In this document: positions 1 through 10,291 of the stretch, piece by piece
Layout: every line of letters starts with the position of its first letter
How positions within the stretch are numbered: position 1 is the stretch's first letter
DNA from: an uncultured Candidatus Poseidoniales archaeon
Lineage (GTDB): Archaea; Thermoplasmatota; Poseidoniia; Poseidoniales; Poseidoniaceae
Direction of reading: 5' to 3'
Length of the DNA stretch: 52,925 bases
Assembly (NCBI GenBank): GCA_963968885.1
Contig: CAXAGT010000005.1
Coordinates: 1 to 52,925 of the forward strand
The notes under the pieces: model-generated
What the model was told of the DNA's origin: nothing
Database searches by the model: none
The model's input: only the letters and a program-made list of their open reading frames with translations
Position numbers and translations under genes: made by a program

Positions 1-66
1 TTGCTGATACTTCATGAGTATTTTCTTATTCCAAATATTCAAAATCAAATTGGCTTAGCCTTGAAC

Positions 67-513
67 ATGGCAAATGTAAGAGACATTAAATTTGAAGATT
101 CAGAAGGCAACCAAACATCGTTGAACCAAATAACAGATGAAAAAATCGTTGTCGTGAATGTGGCAAGCGCTTGCGGTTTGACCCGACATTATTCTGGCTT
201 GCAAGAACTCGCAGAAAAGGGGCATCAAGTGGTAGCCTTCCCTTGTAACCAATTCGGGGGCCAAGAACCAGGAACTATCCAGGAGATTTGTGAATTTGCC
301 TCCTCCAAGTATTCTGTAACATTCCCCATAATGGCAAAAATTGAGGTAAATGGGGAGTCAAAAATTCCGTTATACGCTGAATTAAACAAAGCAACTGATA
401 CTGAAGGGCATTCAGGCGAAATACGCTGGAATTTTGAGAAATTTATCGTAGATACAGATGGCAGTGTGTCTAGATTCGCGCCAGCGACTTTGCCTTCAGA
501 TTTACCTCTGTGA
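67..513 (+). CDS. gpx: Glutathione peroxidase family protein (Cys type)
   Basis: Motifs VNVASACG, AFPCNQFGGQEPG and WNFEKF. Start moved from 1 to ATG 67 because TTCAAA lies at -29. Confidence 0.93.
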   Translation: MANVRDIKFEDSEGNQTSLNQITDEKIVVVNVASACGLTRHYSGLQELAEKGHQVVAFPCNQFGGQEPGTIQEICEFASSKYSVTFPIMAKIEVNGESKIPLYAELNKATDTEGHSGEIRWNFEKFIVDTDGSVSRFAPATLPSDLPL

Positions 514-1368
514 TTGTAGTCCCTTGATTCGATTTTCCCTGTGTGTTTGGGCAATCCATGCTTTACCCATCTCGATTCCAAGAAGATAATCTCTGGTTAG
601 GTCAATATCAGTCCCCCCAAGCCTAGAACACGAAAGACTGCTTATTGGCTGTATTTGGTGAATTCTCAAACCTTCAGGGGGATTTTCTAATAGATCTACA
701 GTATTATTGTAAACATCCGCTCTACTCAGAAGCGCCTTGGATAATTCTGGCATACTTCTCTTGAGCAATCTAGACATTAGTTTTGATGATTTTCCATCAT
801 TTCGGTAACCTAATGGCCTTGACCGGATTACTAAGATCTCAGTAGCTCCTAAATCAATTGCAGTTTGCAAAGGGATGGGCATTGTAATGCCTCCATCGAG
901 GTACCTTTTGCTATCAATTTCTATTGGATTTCTAACAACTAAAGGCAATGCAGAAGTTGCCATAATAACATGCTTCAAGTCTTCTTTTGTTGGCTTTTTT
1001 ACCTCTAATTCGCCTGAATCAACATTTGAAAGTGTTGCGTAAAATTCCTTTTTTGGGTTTGAGAAAATATGTTCAATATCAAGCGGTTGTATTTCTTCTC
1101 CTATTTCGAATAGCAGATCTAAATCTAAGAAATCACCACCCTTCAAAAAGTCCGAGAAACGTTTGAAAGCACTTTTTGTTCTTGGGTCTTTTAGAATTGT
1201 AATCGATCTCATTGGTTGTTTAGCTAAGTAACTTGAGAGCAGTATTGCCCCAGCCGAAGTACCGAGATGTAAGTCAAATTTGACATCATCATCAGCCATG
1301 AATGCATCTAATACTCCCGCAGCAAATGCTCCTCTGAGACCTCCTCCCTCTACGATTATCGCTTTCAC
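502..1368 (-). CDS. Patatin-like phospholipase (YjjU-like)
   Basis: EGGGLRG oxyanion motif, GTSAG nucleophile elbow, catalytic DGG. Confidence 0.9.
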   Translation of the reverse strand: MKAIIVEGGGLRGAFAAGVLDAFMADDDVKFDLHLGTSAGAILLSSYLAKQPMRSITILKDPRTKSAFKRFSDFLKGGDFLDLDLLFEIGEEIQPLDIEHIFSNPKKEFYATLSNVDSGELEVKKPTKEDLKHVIMATSALPLVVRNPIEIDSKRYLDGGITMPIPLQTAIDLGATEILVIRSRPLGYRNDGKSSKLMSRLLKRSMPELSKALLSRADVYNNTVDLLENPPEGLRIHQIQPISSLSCSRLGGTDIDLTRDYLLGIEMGKAWIAQTHRENRIKGLQSQR

Positions 1369-1473
1369 GGTTTAATTATTACACCGGCTCTATATCAAAC
1401 TCATCCCTAATTGTCTAACTTTATTGCATAAATTCTAGGATGATAATATAAGCAAATAACAAAACATGAGCGC

Positions 1474-3240
1474 ATGAGCGAGAATGTAGCAATGACTGAG
1501 GAGCAAAAAAAGAAAGCTCACATTGGCTATCAAATGTATGACTGGGCAAGGTCAGCGTTTGAAACCTCAGTAGTCGTTGCGATTCTCCCTGTTTGGTTTG
1601 CATACCTTTTCGTCCTAGCAAATGGACAAGAGGTCTCAATTGCTGGTATGACACAAACCGCAGATGGATTATTTGCTTTCGTGACCGGTTTGGCGGCGAT
1701 TTCCGTGGCGATTCTTAGTCCTGGTTTAGGAGTAATCGCTGATAGAATTCCGGTAAAACAACTGATGTTGCGTTGGTTCACTATAGTCGGGGCAGGGGCA
1801 ACTATTCTATTGGGCGGTGCAATTATTCTACCTATGGAAGCAAAATGGGTTTGGCTTGCAGTAATGTTCTTCTTAGCAAATGTAGGTGCTAATGCAGCAA
1901 GCGTTTTCTACAATTCACTGCTCCCTCATATTTGTGAAACTGATGAAGAACTTGATAGAGTTTCAACAAAGGCTTTCATGTACGGATATGTAGGTGGTGG
2001 CTTACTATTAGCCGTTCATCTTGGTCTTGTTCTAGGGGTAACAGGAGACTGGGTCATTCCGTTTTGTTTGTCTTCATCTGGAATTTGGTGGTTTGGATTT
2101 GCGATTTATACATTCAGGGGAATACCGGAACCTGAAATCGTGAACCCGATTGATAATTTGTCACTAGGAAGTGCAACCAAATTAGCATTCTCTGAGATAG
2201 CAAAAACAATCAAAGATTTCCGCAGTACGTACAAGGTTCTTGGACTGTATTTGATTTCTTACTTACTGTTCATCGATGGAATAAACAGCGTAACTGCACT
2301 TGGCGGAATATATGGGGCATCAGTTTTAGGTGTTCCAGAAATATCGAATATGGCTGTCATTCTTCTAATTCAGTTTGTTGCGTTTCCTTCTGCAGCATTC
2401 TTCATTTGGTTCTCAAAGAAGACTTCAACCAAAACAACAATCATTGTCACATGTGCAATCTGGTGTGTTGTAATTTTGGGTGCGATAAGTTTCGCTCCTC
2501 TCGCTCTGGAAAATCATGAAGATCACGATTTTATGGTCGTACAAAATGAGGACGGGACTTCATTTACAATTTCGGTTGATTATGAAAATTTCTCGATAGC
2601 ATCTGGTGAAGCCGGAAGTGATGCTGAATTTAGGAATGCAGTATCACATTTATACCCTCCAGAAGAAGTAAATTCAACCACTGAATTGTATGAATTTACA
2701 GGGGAGAGCAGAGTTCTAAATCAATCGGAGTTGGATGAATTATTGCAATATTTGCCAAGTACAAGATTTTCTTTGTCAGTTTCTAATGGCGAAGAGTTTG
2801 AATCATTCCTTGGCGAAGATCACCCTGTAAGTCTTGGGGATGGCTACATAGATGCTATACCAATCTGGACTAGAGATAACATCTGGCAACCCATGAACAT
2901 TGGAATCTCAATTCAATGGTTATTGATTGGTGTGGGAGCGGGCTTTTTACTAGGTGGAAGCCAAGGAATGGCGCGTTCGTTATTTGCTCAAATGGTGCCT
3001 GAAAGCAGAAGTGCTGAATTCTTTGGATTCATCGGATTCTTTGGAAAGGTTGCAGCATTCATAGGTCCATGGATGTACTTTGCAATTGGAAACGTAGCGG
3101 ATTCAAGGACTGCTATTATGTCGATTTTGATGCTGATTGTAGCAGGTGTAATTCTGTTATTCTTTGTTGATGTAGAAGAAGGAGCAAGAGTTGCTGCAGA
3201 AGAGGATGCAAAGTTTAGAGCCGCACAATCTGAAGATTGA
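1474..3240 (+). CDS. MFS transporter, UMF1/Atg22-like, with a large inserted loop
   Basis: N-terminal MYDWARSAF, PGLGVIAD, FYNSLLP, GGSQGMARSLFAQMVP..EFFG, and about 12 hydrophobic segments. Confidence 0.88.
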   Translation: MSENVAMTEEQKKKAHIGYQMYDWARSAFETSVVVAILPVWFAYLFVLANGQEVSIAGMTQTADGLFAFVTGLAAISVAILSPGLGVIADRIPVKQLMLRWFTIVGAGATILLGGAIILPMEAKWVWLAVMFFLANVGANAASVFYNSLLPHICETDEELDRVSTKAFMYGYVGGGLLLAVHLGLVLGVTGDWVIPFCLSSSGIWWFGFAIYTFRGIPEPEIVNPIDNLSLGSATKLAFSEIAKTIKDFRSTYKVLGLYLISYLLFIDGINSVTALGGIYGASVLGVPEISNMAVILLIQFVAFPSAAFFIWFSKKTSTKTTIIVTCAIWCVVILGAISFAPLALENHEDHDFMVVQNEDGTSFTISVDYENFSIASGEAGSDAEFRNAVSHLYPPEEVNSTTELYEFTGESRVLNQSELDELLQYLPSTRFSLSVSNGEEFESFLGEDHPVSLGDGYIDAIPIWTRDNIWQPMNIGISIQWLLIGVGAGFLLGGSQGMARSLFAQMVPESRSAEFFGFIGFFGKVAAFIGPWMYFAIGNVADSRTAIMSILMLIVAGVILLFFVDVEEGARVAAEEDAKFRAAQSED

Positions 3241-4542
3241 TTACCAGTAAAATGTCCAATAGATGATGTTTGATACTACTATGACTGCAATTCCCATCGG
3301 AACTGATACAATTGCTCCCCAGCCCTGAGGCTTTCTATTAGTTGTGAATCCCATTATGCCGGTTGCTAATATGCTAATTATTGAAAAAATTGGCATTGCT
3401 ACAGTTGCGATATCATACATTAGCCAGTCATTATCTGTTATCACTTCACTTTCGTCAAATATGTAAAATGAGACAGAGTTTACATCCATTTCTTCTGGAA
3501 TAGCTATCCAAGCGGTCTGATTTTCAGAGTAGATATTACCAATTTGGACAGTAGTATATTCAACTTCATAACTTTGGTAACACTGGAAAATTTGAGAATA
3601 ATAATCAGAATCGCAATTGTAATCTATCCAAACGGTTGAGTTATTCTCCTGATAAGAAAAACCGCCGCTCAAGCTAACGATTTCATCATATTCAGAGAGG
3701 TCATAAAAAATACCGGTTGAATTATTTTCGATGCTCGGCATGATATCTTCAGCTCTCTCCCAATAGCCGTTTTCGGTTCGATAAGCGAGTATTAATACTT
3801 CATCCACTGATAAGTTTTCTCCAGGTATGGACATCCATCCGTCTTCGAGAGTAATTGTTGTAAGGTCATAATCCATGTCTAGGTAATGGTAAAACACTCC
3901 AGTAACCGGAGTTTCGTAATAATATCCGCTGTAATCGTAGTATGTATCTTCAATATAATAGTCAGTTGAATCCCCACAATCTATGTAATTTTGTTCATAG
4001 TAATAAGAATCTGATGGAGAAAAGAAGTAACAAGAGTAAACAAATTGGTCAGAATTCAACTCTAGTTCGAACATTTGTGGTTCATTGGTTGATTGATCAA
4101 TCGGTAAATATGCCTCGCTATATTCAGAATTCCAGCTATTTCCAGCATACGGGTCTGCACTTATGATGATAATTGCAGATAGAATAAAAACCGCTGTTGG
4201 GACTCCTACACCTATCAAAAATTGTTTTGTCTTTTCTCCATTTTTGGGCTGTTCATGTTTGTGATCCCAGAACCCCTGGTTAACCGAACCGGATATAGTC
4301 CCACCAAACATTTGTTGATTTTGCATCATAATCTGGTTTGCATCAATTGGATTCTGAACTGAACCTTGGGTTTGATTGTTCAGAAGATTTTGATTTGTTT
4401 GGATTTGTTGTTGCATATTCTCTGTGTTAACTTGCATAGGATCTGCGAATCCCATACTGATGCCTTCAGTGAAAATATTTCCAACATTGATACTCTTTGG
4501 TTCATCTTCTCCATCAAGTGGGTGACCTGAACCCTGTGTCAT
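3241..4542 (-). CDS. Hypothetical membrane protein (Gln/Asn-rich N-terminus, Tyr/acidic external domain, about 3 TM)
   Basis: Long ORF with hydrophobic segments. Start chosen at ATG 4542 (TTCAAA at -30) rather than 4605. Confidence 0.7.
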   Translation of the reverse strand: MTQGSGHPLDGEDEPKSINVGNIFTEGISMGFADPMQVNTENMQQQIQTNQNLLNNQTQGSVQNPIDANQIMMQNQQMFGGTISGSVNQGFWDHKHEQPKNGEKTKQFLIGVGVPTAVFILSAIIIISADPYAGNSWNSEYSEAYLPIDQSTNEPQMFELELNSDQFVYSCYFFSPSDSYYYEQNYIDCGDSTDYYIEDTYYDYSGYYYETPVTGVFYHYLDMDYDLTTITLEDGWMSIPGENLSVDEVLILAYRTENGYWERAEDIMPSIENNSTGIFYDLSEYDEIVSLSGGFSYQENNSTVWIDYNCDSDYYSQIFQCYQSYEVEYTTVQIGNIYSENQTAWIAIPEEMDVNSVSFYIFDESEVITDNDWLMYDIATVAMPIFSIISILATGIMGFTTNRKPQGWGAIVSVPMGIAVIVVSNIIYWTFYW

Positions 4543-4601
4543 GTATAGACTTAGAGCAATTTTTGATTTGAAGATTTCTCCAGTTTGTAGGTAAATGCCA
4601 C

Positions 4602-6200
4602 TCAAGATATTCTAGGTGCACTGGCGTTTACCGCATCGGAGACTCCATTTGCATATCTCTTGAAATTTTCATTGAACATATCTGCTAGTTTATCTGCTGT
4701 AGCGTCGTATTCTGAGGCATTATTCCACGTGTTTTTCGGTATCAAGACCTCGCTTGGAACATCAGTGCAGGATGTTGGAACTTCAAATCCAAACCTTTCA
4801 TCAACAACAAACTCGACGTTTTCAAGGTCTCCGTTTAGAGCAGCGTTTAGCATTGCTCTGGTATACTTTATTTTCATTCTTGACCCAACTCCGTAAGCCC
4901 CTCCGGACCATCCGGTGTTGATTAGCCAGGCTGTAGCACCGTGCTCTGCCATTTTTTCGCTAAGTAAGTCAGCATATACGCCTGGATGCATAGGCATAAA
5001 TGGCTCACCAAAGCATGCGGAAAATGTTGCTTGAGGCTCCTTAACTCCTACTTCTGTACCTGCCACTTTAGCAGTATATCCTGAAATAAAGTGGTAAGCT
5101 GCTTGGTCGGGAGTCAATTTTGAAATTGGTGGAAGTACACCAAAAGCATCACAAGTCAAGAATATGACATTTTGTGGATGTCCTCCCTTTGAGTCAGCAG
5201 TCCTGTTGTCAATGAATTCTATCGGGTAAGATCCTCGAGTGTTTTGAGTTTTAGAGGTGTCATGGAAATCTGGGACTCCTGAATCATCTAAAACAATATT
5301 TTCAAGAACAGTCCCAAATTTTCTGGTCGTTGCAAAAATTGCCGGCTCGTCTTCCTCGTTTAGGTCGATTAGTTTTGCATAGCAACCGCCCTCGAAGTTG
5401 AAAACGCCATTTGCTCCCCATCCGTGTTCATCATCGCCAATAAGCGCTCTATTTGGGTCAGCAGATAGGGTGGTTTTTCCAGTTCCAGAAAGACCAAAGA
5501 AGATAGCTGTATTTTCTCCAGTTGTATTTGCTGAACAGTGCATTGGAAGTATCCCTTTCTTTGGCAAAATTAAGTTCATGACGCTGAAGATGGATTTCTT
5601 AATCTCTCCAGCATATCGAGTACCTCCAATAATTACTTCCTTTGCTTCATAGTTGACTATTACAAAGCAGTGAGAGTTTACTCCATCTACCTCAGGGTCA
5701 GCCTCGAAATGAGGTGCATGAAGGACTGTGAACTCAGGCTTGTGACGAGTTAACTGCTCTGCAGAAGGTCTAATGAACATATTTCTTGCAAATGCATTAT
5801 GCCAAGCATTGTGATTGACGACTCTGATAGGTAGTGCCTCTGATTCTTCCGCACCGCAGTACAAGTCCTGTACGAATAACGCATCTCTTTGTCCTAAGTA
5901 ATCGACCACTTTCTTTCTTAAATTTGTAAATGTTTCAAGGTTAGTCGAGACGTTCACGTCTCCCCAATTGATGTCTTCTTGAGTCGTGGCTTCCTTGACA
6001 ATAAACTTGTCATTAGGAGATCTACCGGTTCTTTCTCCAGTTTCAGTTACAAGAGCTTTGTGCGCAGAATATTTCCCTTCCCCTCGTTCAACTGATAATT
6101 CAATAAGAGATTTGGCATCTAAGTTGTGATAAATCTCGCCAGATGGGTTTACGCCTAACGATTTCAGTTCAGAACGGACGGCTTGCTCAGCGTCGGTCAT
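4602..6200 (-). CDS. pckA: Phosphoenolpyruvate carboxykinase (ATP)
   Basis: TGRSPNDK, YAGEIKK, FFGLSGTGKTTLS, IGDDEHGW, NFEGGCYAK, FSACFG. Start MTDAEQ at 6200; the ORF extends to 6302. Confidence 0.96.
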   Translation of the reverse strand: MTDAEQAVRSELKSLGVNPSGEIYHNLDAKSLIELSVERGEGKYSAHKALVTETGERTGRSPNDKFIVKEATTQEDINWGDVNVSTNLETFTNLRKKVVDYLGQRDALFVQDLYCGAEESEALPIRVVNHNAWHNAFARNMFIRPSAEQLTRHKPEFTVLHAPHFEADPEVDGVNSHCFVIVNYEAKEVIIGGTRYAGEIKKSIFSVMNLILPKKGILPMHCSANTTGENTAIFFGLSGTGKTTLSADPNRALIGDDEHGWGANGVFNFEGGCYAKLIDLNEEDEPAIFATTRKFGTVLENIVLDDSGVPDFHDTSKTQNTRGSYPIEFIDNRTADSKGGHPQNVIFLTCDAFGVLPPISKLTPDQAAYHFISGYTAKVAGTEVGVKEPQATFSACFGEPFMPMHPGVYADLLSEKMAEHGATAWLINTGWSGGAYGVGSRMKIKYTRAMLNAALNGDLENVEFVVDERFGFEVPTSCTDVPSEVLIPKNTWNNASEYDATADKLADMFNENFKRYANGVSDAVNASAPRIS

Positions 6201-6376
6201 GAACCCGCCTCTCGCGCCCCTTCTTAGTGCATTTCGGTTAGAAGTAGCAACAAAATCCAGTGTAGCCAGTAACACCGTTTCTCCGGAAGTCAAAATTGTC
6301 AAATCATTTCAACAATGGAATAATCATGAATTCTTTCACAAATAGGTTTCAATATTAAGTCCCCAAGGGGTATTTC

Positions 6377-9300
6377 ATGAGCAATGACTCGTCTGATAAT
6401 CCAGATGAGTTAATCCGCAAGAAAAATTTTGGTAGAGCAAAAGGAATTGACCTTTCAGCGTTTAATCTAAATCAAGATGTGATAGAGGATCAAAAACTCG
6501 AGCCCAAGCAAGAAATTCAGGAACCTAAACTGGATGAAGCAGTTGGCGAGGTTTACGAATTTTTTACTCAAGATACACAAGTCACTGACGAGAATGAAGA
6601 ACAATTCGACAGCATAACCGATTTTGCAGTTCAAGGCGAGAGCAGAGTAAGCGGCGGCTTACTTGTTATGATGATTCTAACATATTCCATATTTGCAACA
6701 TTAATCGGTACTGTGGTGCCTCAATTTATTGCAGCACCGGCTTTGGTTGCTCTAATTATCAGCGGATTGTATCTCGGTGAGCGTTGGATTCCGAACCCCA
6801 ACATGAGGCTACTCGGGGTCACTTGGGTTATCATTTCTATGAAAATATTCTACGGCTTAGCTATCGATGCCCATCATTGGGGTTGGTTAGATGGTTTTGG
6901 AATCGATGAGGATGTTGTTCTTGGAATCTCACTATTAGCTATTGTTGCAATTAACGTATTCATTGCCCAAAGGCACGATGAAGACGCAATTGCTGCCCAG
7001 GCAACCCTAGTTTTACTCGCCGTAGGCAGTGCAGCAGGAGCAATTTATGGGGAAATGGGGGTTGCGGTAATGATCTGTCTTGGAGTGATTTTATTCCATG
7101 TGCTTGCTATCTTAAGAAATTCAGGCAATCTAGCAAGCCTTGGGATAGCAACATCATATCTCTGGGTAGGATTACACGCTATCTCGCAGAATTGGAAAAT
7201 TGCCGGTATTGATTTCGTGCCTTTCGAGGATGATTTGTTATTATTCATCCTAATGTTCTTTGTTACAGGTGTAAATGCTACCATTGCTACTAGGTTTTCA
7301 AGTGAAAGAAATTGGTTCTCGGATGGCTTTGAAGCCCTTGGCCTTGGTAAACCTGGACTATGGTCAGTCTCAGTCGGTCTAGGTATGATTGGAGCCTTCC
7401 TTGCCTTGACTGCGTTTAGGGACCAAACTGGTTACGCATTAGCACAATTGAGTTTACTCGGGTCTGCATTCAGTGCATCTTATCTTGTTGTTAGAGGAGT
7501 TGAATGGAATAAGGTAATTGCATTCGTTGGATATCCTGCTCCTATTCTACTAGCAATACTAATTCTGATGACCGGAAAAGGGACAGAATTGTTTGGGGTT
7601 CTATCTGGTTACGATGTTTACTCAGTACTAACCGTGATTTTAACTGGCTTCATCCTACTGCAAAATCAGACCAATGTTTCTGATCAAGTCATATGGGGAG
7701 TCGGTGTTTCAGCGGTATTGATTTTGACGATTTTAATTCCAGCCGAAGATTATTCAGGGGCAAGAATGTTACTTTATTCTCAGGCTATCGTCTGGATTGG
7801 TATGGGTGCATTGGCACTAATGAGAAAATCGGCTGGTATTGCTGGCTTTTCCGTTTTAGGACCTTGGATATGGCTGATAATGGTTGCAAGCGGAGCAGAG
7901 GACAGAATCATTTCAGTAGAGTTACTTCCAACTAATTTCCCAGAATATGACATGGCAGCAGTCATTATTTTGATGCTTATCCAACAATATACGGTCAATG
8001 CTAGATTGGGGTCTACTAATCTCAACTTAGCTGCTGCAGTACCAGGATTAAGTGAATTTGGCGCAAGATTAAGAGATTCTAATTTCATGAACCTTTGGAA
8101 TATTGGTTTCATTGTAGCTTTGATTGCGATTAGCGCAATCACTCAGCCAGAAAAGGTTCCAGCAGTCGGGTTAATTGTATCATTAAATCTGTTAGTAATC
8201 GCTCATGCAGCGATGGCTTATTTCCAAATTCACAGAGGTAATCCAAGGACCTTACTCGGAATATGGGGGGCATTTACGATAGTAATGTCGTGGGTTTTTG
8301 GATACGCTCCATTCTGGACTTTCGGCTTGTTTATTGCTGTGCTGCTATTACTTCTTGATTCTGATAGACTATTACGTACCGATATTGCCAAACTCGATTT
8401 AGAACAAAAGGAAGCAATGCCAGGAAAATTACTCACTATGTCTATGGGGTTGATAGCCGGATACCTTATCGTTCTAATTTTAGAGCCGACAAAGCAAGTA
8501 TATCTCACTGGATATGACCTAATTTCTGATCGCGCTGTGGAAGCTCAGTATCTTGGGTTTATCTCAGTTGGAATTTTGCTTTTGTACCTCAGAAGGGCTG
8601 CGAAGCTCGAGAAATTATTACCTCCAACAATTTCTGCAATTGGAATGATAATTTGTATTGCCTTGGCAGGAGGAGTATACGATTCAAATGAACTTCAGAT
8701 ACTTGCAGCAGCAGTTTTCGTTGGTTCGGGACTTTGGTTAATTTCACAAGGAGAAATACGCTCTTCAATGCGATCTTTGGCTACGATCAACGAAAGGTTA
8801 CAGAGACGCCAATTAATGTCTGAAGTTCAATACATGGAATCTAATATCAATATTAAACAAGAGCAAAATCAATCTGTTCTGAGCCAAGCGCCCGTAGATA
8901 ATTCATTCAACATCCCTAGAAACCAAACCAACGATATATTGACATCAACATTCGAACCGACCCAGAGTACTCAAATTAGTAGTCCTTCAATCCAGGCATT
9001 TGATGTAAGAAATATAGAATTGATTGAGAAACAAAAGAAGCGGGCTAAGCGCAAATCTGTAGAAAGCGATTATGATTTGATTGTTGGAGATATAAGTTAC
9101 AATCCGACCATCGTTATATTATTCCTTGCAGTTTTACAGTTGTTTGGAATAATGGTTGCTTACAGTGGCACAAGCACCACATACATCCCGATATTAGTCG
9201 TAGGCTCGATATCTGTTCTGCTTATCTTCGTAGCAAAACAAAGAGCGAAGTCATTTAATCTTCAACTACCGGATTTATTGGGTCTAGAGGCACCGATTGC

Positions 9301-10291
9301 AGCTTCGATGATTGGTCTATCTGTCATCTTATTGGCAGGTAGGGTTGGTTTGAGTCCTATCTATCTAGATAATCAACTTGATAGCCTGTTCTTGTTGGTG
9401 TGTTTATCGGGATTGGCAGCGATAAATTTGATCGGTTTTTCAGATAAAAATCTCAGGCTATTGAGTTCTTTGGAAGGCGTTGTTGGACTGTATGCATTTG
9501 TAAGAATCATTGGTTTATTTGCAGGCGGGGAAATGCCAATTCCCTTCCAAATTAATCCGTTTGAACCTCCAATTTCTTGGTCACTACCAATGCTGGCTAC
9601 TGAGGTTTTCCTCATCGGCGCCGCTGCTTTGTTCTGGAGTATTGAATCAAAGCATTTCGATGAAGGAAGGGAGGATATTAGAGGCGCAGGTGGAAGAATT
9701 GGTTGGTTTGCTCTAATCTTCATCTTATCTTCGGGAATTGCGTCTTTAATCGCTTTGACATGTGTCCTTTTCACTGGAATAAGATGGAAACAGCCAGCTG
9801 TTGTTTTGTCCACCTTTGTTTGTGTACCAGCCTCGGTTTCACAAATACTCTTTTGGCTTGAGGAATATGCTCAATTCATTGAACCGCTAGACAGATGGCA
9901 TGTTTCGATTACATTCGGAGCAATATCTTTGTTGGCGCTTGTGTACGTGATCAAGGAAAAGATGTCATTATGGCTCTCTACATCTATCTGGGCAACTCAT
10001 CTCCTACTCGCATTTGCTTCGTTCACTGGATTTGGATATAGCGGCGTTGTAGTGGCAATGCTGATTCTATCTGCTTGTGCTTGGATACCAGGAGTTCTTA
10101 CCATGCGTCGCGGTTGGAGGTTGTTTGGAATGGTGGATCTGGTAATTGCATGGACAATTATGGCGTCGGAATTAATGAATGGAGCCAGTGCAATTCAAGC
10201 ATTGGTCATGCTGACAGCGACGATAGTGTTACTCAGCGTCATTACCTACCTTACCCAGTCAAGGGAAAAGGACATAATGGAATCGTCATGA
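6377..10291 (+). CDS. Very large polytopic membrane protein of unknown function (1304 aa)
   Basis: About 30 hydrophobic segments by eye, an acidic N-terminal tail and a polar internal linker. Confidence 0.8.
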   Translation: MSNDSSDNPDELIRKKNFGRAKGIDLSAFNLNQDVIEDQKLEPKQEIQEPKLDEAVGEVYEFFTQDTQVTDENEEQFDSITDFAVQGESRVSGGLLVMMILTYSIFATLIGTVVPQFIAAPALVALIISGLYLGERWIPNPNMRLLGVTWVIISMKIFYGLAIDAHHWGWLDGFGIDEDVVLGISLLAIVAINVFIAQRHDEDAIAAQATLVLLAVGSAAGAIYGEMGVAVMICLGVILFHVLAILRNSGNLASLGIATSYLWVGLHAISQNWKIAGIDFVPFEDDLLLFILMFFVTGVNATIATRFSSERNWFSDGFEALGLGKPGLWSVSVGLGMIGAFLALTAFRDQTGYALAQLSLLGSAFSASYLVVRGVEWNKVIAFVGYPAPILLAILILMTGKGTELFGVLSGYDVYSVLTVILTGFILLQNQTNVSDQVIWGVGVSAVLILTILIPAEDYSGARMLLYSQAIVWIGMGALALMRKSAGIAGFSVLGPWIWLIMVASGAEDRIISVELLPTNFPEYDMAAVIILMLIQQYTVNARLGSTNLNLAAAVPGLSEFGARLRDSNFMNLWNIGFIVALIAISAITQPEKVPAVGLIVSLNLLVIAHAAMAYFQIHRGNPRTLLGIWGAFTIVMSWVFGYAPFWTFGLFIAVLLLLLDSDRLLRTDIAKLDLEQKEAMPGKLLTMSMGLIAGYLIVLILEPTKQVYLTGYDLISDRAVEAQYLGFISVGILLLYLRRAAKLEKLLPPTISAIGMIICIALAGGVYDSNELQILAAAVFVGSGLWLISQGEIRSSMRSLATINERLQRRQLMSEVQYMESNINIKQEQNQSVLSQAPVDNSFNIPRNQTNDILTSTFEPTQSTQISSPSIQAFDVRNIELIEKQKKRAKRKSVESDYDLIVGDISYNPTIVILFLAVLQLFGIMVAYSGTSTTYIPILVVGSISVLLIFVAKQRAKSFNLQLPDLLGLEAPIAASMIGLSVILLAGRVGLSPIYLDNQLDSLFLLVCLSGLAAINLIGFSDKNLRLLSSLEGVVGLYAFVRIIGLFAGGEMPIPFQINPFEPPISWSLPMLATEVFLIGAAALFWSIESKHFDEGREDIRGAGGRIGWFALIFILSSGIASLIALTCVLFTGIRWKQPAVVLSTFVCVPASVSQILFWLEEYAQFIEPLDRWHVSITFGAISLLALVYVIKEKMSLWLSTSIWATHLLLAFASFTGFGYSGVVVAMLILSACAWIPGVLTMRRGWRLFGMVDLVIAWTIMASELMNGASAIQALVMLTATIVLLSVITYLTQSREKDIMESS

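Noticed and set aside
160-180. Selenocysteine in GPx
   Set aside because: The active-site codon is TGC (Cys); there is no in-frame TGA.
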